Assembly (NCBI GenBank): GCA_964016885.1
Contig: OZ024743.1
Coordinates: 34,720,001 to 34,784,000, forward strand
Source of the DNA: Eledone cirrhosa
Taxonomy: Eukaryota
Direction: 5' to 3'
DNA: 64,000 nt
Position 1 is the stretch's first letter; the number at the start of each line of letters is the position of its first letter. A program made the position numbers and the translations under genes. Shown one piece after another: positions 24,907-36,624 of this stretch. Below the pieces are notes generated by a model that was not told the DNA's origin, ran no database searches, and saw only the letters and a program-made list of their open reading frames with translations.

Positions 24907-27600
24907 TTTTATTGTGTTGCACCATAGAGCATGTGTGTTTACGTATGTCATTGTGTTTATATGTGGGTAGAGATGTGTGCTGATGTAGGTATGTATGTTG
25001 ACGTGTGTATGTTGTGGGTTCGTCTTAGGGAGAAGTGTTTAGACGGGGTCCGTATTTGTTAATGAAGTAAGATTCCTTGCTGATGCGCTGGGTGTGGGTG
25101 GCATTATCTTTAAATTTGTAGAGGGGAAAGATTCTGAAGTTGGGATGATTTTGGGCGGCACAGGTATCAATGTGTTCACTCAGTGGTATTTTCCTGTATT
25201 CCCGTATTTTAATTTGGGATCTATGGACAGTCATGCGTTGGCGGAGGCTGTTTTTGGTCTGGCCTATGTATTGTTCTCGACAACCTGAGCAAGTTAATAC
25301 ATATATTAGATTTTCCGATGCACATGTGAAATTGTGTTTTACTATAAAACGTTGTCCTTCTTTGAAATAGAATTCCGAACCCTCTATTAGGTTGATGCAA
25401 ATGCCACAGTTGGGTCTATCGCACTTTTTTACTGTGGGTTTCGTTGTTGTGGTTGGCAATACTTTGGCATGTGTTAGGATGTTTTTCATTGACTTGAATT
25501 GTCTTTTGCTCTTTATGATATCGTGTGTTCGTAGGATTTGGTTCATTCTATGGTCCTTTTTCAACACAGGGATGTTCTGGAGGATGGTGTCAAAGGCCTC
25601 ATTGTTGAGGGGGTTGTGTGTGGAGATGTATGGAAGAGCTTTTAGTTTCGGTTGATTTACTTTAGGTTGTCTAAGGTCCTGGGTACTGAGTTTTAGGGCA
25701 CGTTGGATTCCATTGTCAATTAGTGATTCAGGGTAGTCCCTGCCTATGAGTGTGTCCTTTAGTTCATGTAGCCGTAAGTAGCAGGTGTTTTTATTGGAGA
25801 CTATAGTACAGATTCTCTTGGCTAAGTTGTAGGGAATATTAATTTTAACGTGTCTAGGGTGGCAAGAGTTGAAAGGGAGATATTGCTTGGAGTCTGTGGG
25901 CTTGTAGTATATGTCTGTTTCTATTTTTTTGTTATGGATCTTAATGAGGATGTCGAGGAAGCGGAGTTGTTGATAGCTGTATTCCATCGTGAAGTTAATA
26001 TCGTGTTGAGCCCATTTATAAGGGTGTGAAATTCTTTAAGTTTTTCGATGTTTTCGTGCCAAAGGATGAAGCAGTCATCTAGATATCGCTTCCAGTTCCT
26101 TTCAATGTGTAAGTGGAGGGCGTTTCCAAATTTGTTTAGGACTTTAGTGTAGAGGGTGATTTCCAGGTATCCCATGACTAGGTTGGCATAAGTGGGGGCT
26201 GTTTTCGTTCCCTCATTGTGGAAATTATCCAGCCAGAATTGGATAGCTTCTATTCCTAGGTTGTGGGGGATGTTGGAGTATAGGTTGACTACATCGAACG
26301 TCACTAGTAGGGTTTGTTCAGAAAGTGGCATATTAGGGAGGTGATTGAGCATATCTAGGTCGTCCCTTATATAGCTTTTGATGTGTTTGAGAAAGGGTTT
26401 GAGAAGGGTATCAATGAAGTTGCTAAGGCGGTGAGTTTCGCAAGCAGGGCCTGCTATTATAGGTCTTAATTTGAGATCATTGGGTGAGGGGACATTGATG
26501 ACTATGTCTGTGGCTTCCTTGCATGCTTTATTTATTAATTCGCTTTTATGTACTTTAGGGATACCGTAGAAAAGGCTGGATTTACTTGTGAAGTCTGTGA
26601 TGAAGCTGAATTCCTTGTTAGTGAGTCCTTCTTTGTATTGGTTGATTAGAGTTTTTAGGTTTCTCATAATTTTCTGTTGATTGTAGTGTTCAGCCTTTTC
26701 GTAGTATGTTTCGTTTTCCAAAGTGGAGAGCGCTAAGTTGATATAGAATTCTGTCTCCATNNNNNNNNNNNNNNNNNNNNNNNNNNNNNNNNNNNNNNNN
26801 NNNNNNNNNNNNNNNNNNNNNNNNNNNNNNNNNNNNNNNNNNNNNNNNNNNNNNNNNNNNNNNNNNNNNNNNNNNNNNNNNNNNNNNNNNNNNNNNNNNN
26901 NNNNNNNNNNNNNNNNNNNNNNNNNNNNNNNNNNNNNNNNNNNNNNNNNNNNNNNNNNNNGAATTCTGTCTCCATTAGGACTACTGTACTCCCTTTATCA
27001 GCCTCTTTAATTGTAATGGTTCTGTCGGTTTTTAATCTATTTAATTCTTCCCATTCTTTCTTGTTGGGGTTTGGCTTGTATTTTTGTCTGTGCAAGTGTT
27101 GGTAAGGGAAGTTTGTGATGTGTTCACAGAATTCGTCCAGGATTTTATTTCTACCTTTTGAAGGGGTGTAATTGCTTCTATTTCTGGCTAATGATTCATC
27201 CTCATTGTACTGCAAGGAATCTTACTTCATTAACAAATACGGACCCCGTCTAAACACTTCTCCCTAAGACGAACCCACAACATACACACGTCAACATACA
27301 TACCTACATCAGCACACATCTCTACCCACATATAAACACAATGACATACGTAAACACACATGCTCTATGGTGCAACACAAAAAAATATATGTGTATATAT
27401 ATATATATATATATAGTGAATATATGTGTATGTATATATATATATATATAGTGAATATCATTTCACACCTTTTATTGTTAAGATTTTTTATGTTCTATTA
27501 AGAGAACCGATTTTACTGAAAAAATCGAATAATGTACACCATTTTACCAGGGGGAAACAAATACTCGCCCCCCCCCCCCCCCCACACACACACACACATT

Positions 27601-27654
<54 letters not shown>

Positions 27655-27704
27655 CACACACACACACATACACACGCGTACATTAACATACAAAGAGACT
27701 TATA

Positions 27705-27773
<69 letters not shown>

Positions 27774-27881
27774 CTCCGTATAAGACAAAAGCTGAAAAAC
27801 ATCTTTTGACATGCTAAAATACCCCCCACTGATTACAGACACATTTCTACTGACCATCCCTGCTACCACGAATTACTCTGC

Positions 27882-27928
<47 letters not shown>

Positions 27929-28365
27929 ATCTTAATAGCCATTTGACACACATCCCTGCTAACCATTATCACAACATCGAACACCTTACTACTACTACTA
28001 CACACACACACACACACATATTTGTTGTGAAAGAGTCATTTCTCAGTCTTGGCGCAAAATCAATTTTTTATTCACATGACCTCTACCGACCAATCAAAAT
28101 TGTTTTGACCACAAGAATTTTTGCAACACCAAAGTAGCGCTGGAGCCCCTTTTAACATAAAAACAGGTAGAATTCCCAAAACTAATCAGATCAGAGCAAA
28201 CAACACGGACACTCTATCTCAAAATTATTTTTGAAAAGCATTTAGAAATGCGCAACCGGTAAAAACTTAAAAACTTAAAACCACAACTGAATACTAACCC
28301 ATACAATTACTAATACTCTTTTATTCCTAATTAAAGCATTTTTCAACTGTGAACAATTTGTCAGC

Positions 28366-28369
<4 letters not shown>
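23777..28369 (-). mobile_element. Penelope-like element (Neptune-type), 5'-truncated, with inverted pseudo-LTR arms 23777-25080 / 27212-28369
   Basis: PLE RT plus GIY-YIG. The 3' end of the ORF and the 3' UTR reappear in reverse complement at the truncated 5' end. Flanked by (TA)n. Confidence 0.92.
25025..27211 (-). pseudogene. PLE reverse transcriptase + GIY-YIG endonuclease, disrupted
   Basis: IKEADKGSTVVLM, FYGIPKVHK, LRPIIAG, VTFDVVNLYSNIP, RYLDD, FLDILI, TDIYYKPTDSKQYL, CDRPNCGIC linker, NLIYVLTCSGCREQYIGQT..LRQRM..H. Frameshift near 25990, internal RT deletion near 26212, N-gap 26761-26960. Confidence 0.93.
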
Positions 28370-28429
<60 letters not shown>

Positions 28430-28431
<2 letters not shown>

Positions 28432-29020
28432 TGCTACTGGTAACATGTATCCCAGTACAACCTGTCCCATGGTCGGGTCATTGGCGACTAAACTGGCAAT
28501 CCCACCAAGGTTTCTTGGTGAGGAGGGTCACTTTGGACATCCTGCAGGACTAAAACCAAAACCTGTCAAAGGGCAAAGGAGCTCTTAAGAGTCAATGGCC
28601 ATCCAAAATCACCGGGAGAGATGACCCCTTAGCCTTTGTCAAGGCAGAATTCTAGAAGAAAAACTCTTATATAACACCTGCAACCCTGATGGTATCCAAT
28701 GATGTTGACTTGTTCTTCTTTTTGGTAAATATCATCTTGGTTAAGAGAGTGGGACTGGCTTAGTGCAGTGCCTTTCCTCACTATAAAAGCTTCACGACAC
28801 AGGCATTGCTTTATATCTGGAGATCTCTCTGCACTTGTCGTCACATGGTACCATGGGCCCAGCACTATGTGTCAATAATTGTCACAAATGAAGTGTTTGT
28901 ACCAGAGTTTTCAAGTCGCTGGCTGGACTAAAAAGTCACTCTCGTTCAGCGCATCGGTAGGGGTTCTCCTACATGGATATAAGTAGTGGCCGTACTCGAA
29001 AACCAGTTGGCAGCCACCAT
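28430..29020 (+). mobile_element. ~600-bp non-autonomous retroelement with (TATG)n-like tail; further copies at 47272-47876, 49078-49471 and a diverged partial at ~46788-46995
   Basis: Three copies share a common 3' end GTTGGCAGCCACCATG followed by (TATG)n, with variable 5' truncation. Confidence 0.75.
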
Positions 29021-29029
29021 GTGTGTATG

Positions 29030-29115
<86 letters not shown>

Positions 29116-29609
29116 TGCATATATGTGTGGAGGGGGTGCAAGTCTGTGTGTGTGAGTGAATGTGTTTGCATGGGTGTACATATAACAGGTTAATAGAAGA
29201 AACAAGGCACATTTGCTGATATTCAATGATTCATTTATTCAATACTGGAAAGTCTTACAAGTGTTTCAATGCGTAACGTAATCCGCCAATGAAATCTATA
29301 TGTATATACAAATGGATGTTCAGTAAAATCGAAGTTTTGGCTGTGGCCAAGCTAACGATATACAATCCGGAATGTGCAGCAAAGCACTCGGTAAGGTTGT
29401 ACCTTAGAGTAATAACATACGTTAGAAAGCTTGACAAATTGAAGACTGCGACCGGTGACCCAGCCACATGAACCAAAGCAACGAGAAAACCAACTCAGGA
29501 TATTTTGACAAATATATATATATATATTTTTTTTTTCCACGATTGTTTTCTTGGCCTGTCACACACGGCCACCAAAAGACTGAACTGTGAACTAGGCCAA
29601 AAGCATAAA

Positions 29610-29790
29610 TAATTGTTTCTACTTTTGGCACAAGGCCAGCAATTACCCAGTGCATTACTGGTACTTTATTTTATCGACCCCGTAAGGATGAAAGGCAAAG
29701 TTAACCTCGGCGGGATATGAACACAGAATGGCAAGGGCCGTAACTCTATGCGTCAAAGCATGGCGTACGACCTTCTACCGACACTGCCAA
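29610..29790 (-). mobile_element. SINE family B
   Basis: Same core and tail as the other family B copies. Confidence 0.85.
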
Positions 29791-30694
29791 AAGCATAAAT
29801 AATGTTCTATTGTAGGAAGCTGCAGACGCCTAAGTGTCCGAAAAGGGGACAGTTGAAAAGGCCATCTGTTTAATGTTAATGGGTGACCTAAAATCTCATA
29901 TATACAAAGTGATTTCGACCACCAAAGACACATTCTGCTTTTCGACTCGGCAAAATAATGTCTGCATTCCAACTCAGCAACAGATAGTTTGTTTGTCCAC
30001 ATAGCAATGTAGACACACAACGAGACACACAGACTCACCAGCCATCCCTGCTAGAATCGACAGTGCTGAGTTTGTTACACAGTTTTGCAAATATTAACTA
30101 CAATGTATTTGCACACACCTCTTTCCGTTGTTCATTGCTGCACATGATTTCGAAGTAAATCATTATATGAATAAAACCATTTAAATTAACAGTCTTGTTC
30201 ATTTGTTTGTTATTATCCATGTGATTTGAGAAAATCATTTTCCCAACGGAACACAATGCACCACCCGGTCCGGAAATCGAACTCACAACCTCACGATTGT
30301 GAATCCAACTCTTTAAATACTAAGCTATGACCCAAACATATATAATAAATAAATGCAGGAACATACACGTATATACGTTTATACTTATAGTTATGCAACT
30401 TAACACATATACATGCATATTTGCACGTGTGCGCATTAAACTTACGTTCCCACAAAAAACATACTTACATACATACATACATACATGCGTACGTACGTAT
30501 GTATGTATGCACATACATACATACATACATAGTGATATATACATCAATTTACTAGACGCCCCTTTGTACATGACGCAGTTATTTGCGCGTGCATGTGTGT
30601 ATGCGTGTGTGTGCATGTGTGGACATGAAAGTGTGTTCAAGATTTTTGCGAACATAAAATATTAAACTAAAATGGTAATTGAAACGAAATATAA

Positions 30695-30816
<122 letters not shown>

Positions 30817-31120
30817 ACAACAACAACAATTAATTCAGAGGAAAAAGAAAAGAGACAAAAATATCCGGGTGTAAATAAATTGGTCTGGTGAAGTGTATGA
30901 GGGAGAGAGAAAGCTGGAGGGGGGGAAGGTGGGATGGGGTTTCGTCTAGCTACAGGGATCATTGACGTCACTATCGCTCACTACCAGGCTATTCAACTAA
31001 ACAAATCAACATGTGAACTGTTTGTGATGACAGACTAGTGTATTCACTGGATATATGTCCATGTGTACGTGGCTGCGTGCCTGTGAATGCATATATATAT
31101 ATATATGTGTGTATGTGTGC

Positions 31121-31154
<34 letters not shown>

Positions 31155-31342
31155 GTAAGAGAGAGAAAGCATATATGTCTATGTGTCTTTTCATGATAAA
31201 TTGTTTCAACGTATTATTTATCCCACCAACACTCAGTTCTTCATTAGCATCTATCTATCAATCTATCTATCTATTAATCTATGTATCTATTAATCTATCT
31301 ATCTATTAATCTATCTATCTATTAATCTATCTATCTATCTAT

Positions 31343-34300
31343 CTGTGCCACTGTGGACGTGGACTCATTGTAGCGGAACATCTAGATCGTACCTAGATAG
31401 GGTTCTAGTTAGAAATAAGGATAGAGACATGTTAAGCTGTCCACAAATGTTCATGGTTGCCTATTCAGATCACAAACTAGTTACCTGCATGGTCAATCTT
31501 GATAGAACCTATAGACAAGGACCCGGCTACTGGAAGCTGAACTTGTCGTTACCAACATGCAAAGCCTAGAGTAGACTGATTAGCACTTTAGTTAAACAGC
31601 ACTTGACAGGGGCCATTGTCAACAACAGACGGTGGTACTCTCTCAAGAGGGCAGTTAGATTAGACTCGTTAATTCTTAGTAAAGAATTAGCGCTAGATAG
31701 AAATAGGACCGAGAAGGAACTGGTAGATAACGTAGAAGAGACAATTAAAAGTGGCAACGTAGCCAGTGTGCTAGCAACGAGAACGGCCTTGGACCAGTTC
31801 TTCGACGCAAAGCACGAGGGCTGCGTTGTCAGAAGTAAAATACGTGCTCTGGGAAACGAGGGAGCCAAAGCTGTTAGCTGGGCTCGAGTGACGGAGGGAA
31901 AAAGTGGCAACAAGTCCACGATTCGGTCTTTGAAGGACCAAGACGGACGCGTGATACGTGAGCCGAAGCAGATGTGTGCGGCCTTACAGCGGCACTTTGC
32001 TCAACTGTTTGGGCAGGGCGGCGCGCCGGAAGGGGCTATGCATTTCGGTCCATACATCGACGGCCTACCGCGACTCTCGGACAGCGAGGCGAAGTTCTGC
32101 GAAAGGCCGATTTCAGCCGCTGAGATAGGGGACGCGCTGAGCCAATGCGGCAAACGCAAATCTCCAGGTCTCGACGGTCTACCATACGAATTTTACGTAG
32201 CAATCCCGGACTTATTCTCCGGTCTCCTGGAAGCGGTCTACTGCAACTGGCAGCAGAACGGGAGAATTCCCAGTTCTGTGACCGGGGGCGTAGTCACACT
32301 AGTCAGGAAGGACGAGAATAAGGGGGATGACATAGGCAACTTCCGGCCCATAACTCTGCTAAACACAGAGTTACAGATTTTGGCCAAGGTGTTGGCAAAG
32401 AGGCTGGCGCTTGTCGTCGAGAACCTGGTGGCAGAAGCGCCGCAGACATGCGCAATCCCGACCAGGTCCATACACGACAACCTCCACCTCATGCGATACA
32501 TCATAGTGCGGGTAGGGTGCAAACCCGGCTTCGGTGGGGCCCTGATCAACTTGGATCAGTCTAAGGCTTTCGATAGAGTTGACCATCGCTACCTGGATGC
32601 GGTGCTCGAGGCGGCAGGCTTCGGACCCGTGTTTATGGGCTGGATTGCTGCAATGCACAACAGCAACATCTGCTTAAGGGTCATGGTGAACGGCTACTTC
32701 TCGGAGCCGTTCCATATCACGCGATCCATTCGACAAGGATGCACTCTCTCCTCCCTTCTGTACGTACTGACTCTAGAGCCACTGCTGCGGAAGTTGGAGC
32801 TATTGCGGGGCATCCCTCTGGAACCGGGACTGCGGAAAGCGGTGTCGGCCTACGCCGACGACGTGACAGTAATGGTGTCGAGCGCCTCGCAAATCGAGGA
32901 AGTCGGCACCTTACTGAAGGAATGCGAAAGGTTCACAGGAGCGAAGCTGAACCGGGACAAGTCCATCGGTTTGCAACTCGGATCGTGGAGAGGCAAACCG
33001 ATGCCTTTCGATGGCGTTGTCGGACGCTGGACGGAAGGACTGGTAAAGCTGCTCGGGGTCTGGTTTGGTCCGGACCTCCAGGTGGAGAAGAACTGGAACG
33101 AGGTGACGGCCAATGTGTTTGCACTCACCCAGAAGTGGGCCGAGTGCAAACTATCCTTGAAAGGTCGAGCGGAGGTGGCGAATACTTTTATAGCGTCCGC
33201 CATCTACTACCGCTTGACCGTCGTGCCTTGTCCAGCCAAAATGGAGCGCGCGCTGTTCCAATTATTTTGGAGGAGGCGGGTTCCTTTGGTGAGAAGATCC
33301 ATCTGCTGCCAAGACCCTTCCAACGGAGGGCTAGGGATGCCGTGGCTGACAATGCGCAAACACGCGCTCAGGCTACGGCATTTCTATGTATTCCTCACCG
33401 GGCAACCGGTGTGGGCCCCGTTCCTGAGGCGAGCCTTCTCACGACTCGTTTCGCTGACCGATCTGCAGTCCTGGGTCAAGCAAAGACCGAGGAAAATGGG
33501 CGACTGGCACATCGAATGTGCTCAGGCACTCACAGCCCTCTGGCATGCGGACCCGGCGATCAGTGGAGACTCCACTTCGTCATTCTATAGAGGGTTGATC
33601 CGCAGCAAATGCGACGACGCGCTCGGTGAAACTCTAGGCGTAGAGGAAGACGAACTGGCCAGTCTGTTCGGTAGGACCTTGCGCCCGGGACCGATGGACA
33701 ACTTCCAAAAGTCCCTGGCCTGGCAGTGCTACCGAGGAGCTCTACCAGTTCGAGACAAGCTCTACAGACATGGGCGCCCGGGCAGGGACCCTTCGAAAAA
33801 GATCTGTCCGAGGTGCGTGCGAGACGAAAAAACCGTCGCGCACGCATTCATACACGCCCGGGCGTTACCGACCTGTGGGGAACGACTATTGTCGCGGGTG
33901 GGACCAATCCGGTTGACCACCGAGTCTATTGTCATAATCAAACCGCCACCCTCCTTCAAGAACGAAGGAGAGGCGGTTTTCCTTTGTGTGATAGCTATGG
34001 CGAAAGAGGTTGTATGGTGGACAAGGTTGAAAGGGCTGAGGTCAGACACCTTTCTCTCTGGCCAACAACTGATTCTTTTTTCAAATACCACTTTAGAAGA
34101 AGAATCAGGATCGAGAGAGAGGTGCTGTACCCCAGCAAGTTTTATGAAAGGTGGGTGAAAGTGGCGAGAATGGCCCGAGTGAATGGGCCTTCTCTCTATA
34201 TCAGCCTGTAGGTTGAGGAAAAAGAGGAGGAGAGGAAAGGGGTACAAACTCTTCGTACTCCTGGAGATGAGGGTTGCACATTTTCTCGGGGGTATGTGTT

Positions 34301-34444
34301 ACCCATATGTTTCCTATTGGGGAAAATCGATTAACTTTTAAATTGTATTTGTGATAGTATTTTATTGTATGTTTTTATTGTATGTAAACTTCCCCCTTTG
34401 TATTTGTCCCCTTCTTTTGTGCCCCTGTGGCTAATAAAGAAACA
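31343..34444 (+). mobile_element. Tx1-like LINE copy 1 (5'-truncated within the APE domain)
   Basis: Starts directly after (TCTA)n. ORF 31603..34158 has the RT (QGCTLS, YADD) and a CPRC..H zinc motif. Ends AATAAAGAAAC followed by (ATCT)n. Confidence 0.93.
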
Positions 34445-34687
34445 TATCTATCTATCTATCTCTCTATCAGACGTGTGTAACTTCGCGGAGAAGTTTCCGT
34501 TAATTTATGTAAGAAAAAAACGTGAGTTTTTAGTTAAATTTTATATTATTGTGTAACTTGACCCCCCCTTCTTGACCTTCGGGTGGTGGGTCAACTCATT
34601 TTCGCTCCTACAGGAGCGAAATATCCGTTTGAAAAATTTTTTCTCCATCGAATCTTGGAAAAAATATTGTAAAAGTTTGATTACGTT

Positions 34688-36591
34688 ATGAACGCTGCGT
34701 CCAACGATAATGGTGGTGGAGAGGCGGTAAGACTACAAAGCTCGCAGTCAACATCGTCTTCTTCCCCTTCCTTCTCAATAGACACTATAGAGATGGAAAG
34801 ACGAAATGAAAATGCAAAAACAAATTCATATCCAAACAACACAAATGACACCAAACAGTTCAATGACAACAAAAATAACAGCAACACCAATAATGATGAT
34901 AAAAACAACAATGATAACAACAACAAAGAAAAAAATAAAGACAACACCAATAACACCAGCATCAAAGACAACAACAACACCAAGGAAAATACGAATAATA
35001 TCAACATCGGTGACAACAAGAATAACAACAACAATAACAACAATAATGACAACACCACCAACACGGATAATTCCACAAAGAAACCAAAAATCTCCTTTGC
35101 ACAGACAGTTCAAAAAAAGGAAGAACTGATATATCTCGACATAACAAATGCTGAACAACTTTTAAAGGACGCTAGGAGATATGTCACTTTCGAAAAAAAT
35201 GGTGCTTTCAGCATCAATTCTCCGGTAGAAATTCGCAAGGAAACTGCTCTCAAAACGATAGTTTTTAGGACAGTTTCCAATTCTACCGGAAAACCAGTCC
35301 AATTGTCACAGAAAGAAATTGATATTGCATTCATTCAAAGAAGCAAATTTTGGGGAGTATTTCAGTACTCATGAAGGATCAATTGACGGCCCAAAATTAC
35401 TCTGTGTCGCCAATTGTATCCAATCTGTACACCTTTTTCCCTACATACATGGGAAAAAGGACACAAAAGATCAAAATCACGAGTGTCACACCAAAGGTGA
35501 ACATATGGTGGATACTGTGCGGCTTCATCAATTTTGATGAAGACAGAATACTGTCAGTAGGAAAGTCCCCCAGAGATGTATTCAATGGGACTAGCATTGA
35601 AGTTCTGGTGCAAATGAGCCCAGAGCGAATAGCTATGATCCCACAACGTGTACTCCTGGACGGACTCACCTACATAAACTTTTCGGTTGAGGGTAGGCGG
35701 TTTTCATGTTACCATTGCTTTAGCAGGGGTCACCTGAGGGCTTCCTGTCCTAAATTAATGAATAAAAAAAAGGCTCTTCGGCCGACACCCATCAAAACAA
35801 CACAACCACCAACACCACCACAACAACAACAACACCAACACACAAAAATAACCACAACAAACACAGTCCCACCCAACCCCACTCCACCTAAAACGACTGC
35901 AAAATTACATACAGACACAACAGCTCCCCAAGACATACCCCTCCCCAATCACACAGACGATACAACAGATGAGGCTATCTCGCCATCACCCAGTGAAGAC
36001 GGGGGAGAACCCCATCGCTCGAAAAGAAAGAAAAGACATCACAAAAGCAAAAAACCAGCAAACACTACCACAAACATACAACCACCAACACAAACAACAA
36101 AAACATCACAAACAAAACCCCCACCTCCTGAAAACAAAATACCTACAACAAAACGAAAGCACACACAAGAACTACAGACAAAAACAAACACAACACAAGA
36201 AAATTACACTTACACTTACATAAACACTGAAAACAAAACACTAATGGATACCATCACGAACGACCCTTCGGTGAAAACCGAAGGGAAAACTTTCGCCCAC
36301 TCTATTAAAAATAGCAAAAAACTGAACCTAAAACTGATTAGGGTTCCTATACAAACTTATAGGTCCCTAAAAGAAACATTTGAGAAGGATGTGGGGAATT
36401 ACTGCGTGAAACCACTTAACCGCGTCCTTCTCAAATGTCTCCCCACCCCAGACACCCCCATCCCACCAGACCCCACCCCACCAAACATCTCTGTCCCCAC
36501 CCCGCCGGGGACCACCACCCATCCAGACAACCCCTCCAATACCCCCATGGAAATCGTGCGGCCTATTCCCCAGCAGACGAAGGGTGAGTGA
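34688..36591 (+). pseudogene. LINE ORF1 (Asn-rich N-terminus, CCHC zinc knuckle), frameshifted near 35350
   Basis: SFAQTV motif and CYHCFSRGHLRASC (CX2CX4HX4C); split across two overlapping ORFs. Confidence 0.85.
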
Positions 36592-36624
36592 TCTCTTTTC
36601 CTCTTTTAACTTTTCAGCACCAAC

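Noticed and set aside
29250-29292. Hammerhead remnant (minus GAAACACTTGTAAGAC)
   Set aside because: No CUGANGA core or stem I partner; too degenerate to call.
32739-33590. Overlapping 283-aa alternative-frame ORF in the LINE
   Set aside because: Shadow ORF of a GC-rich RT coding region; no motifs.
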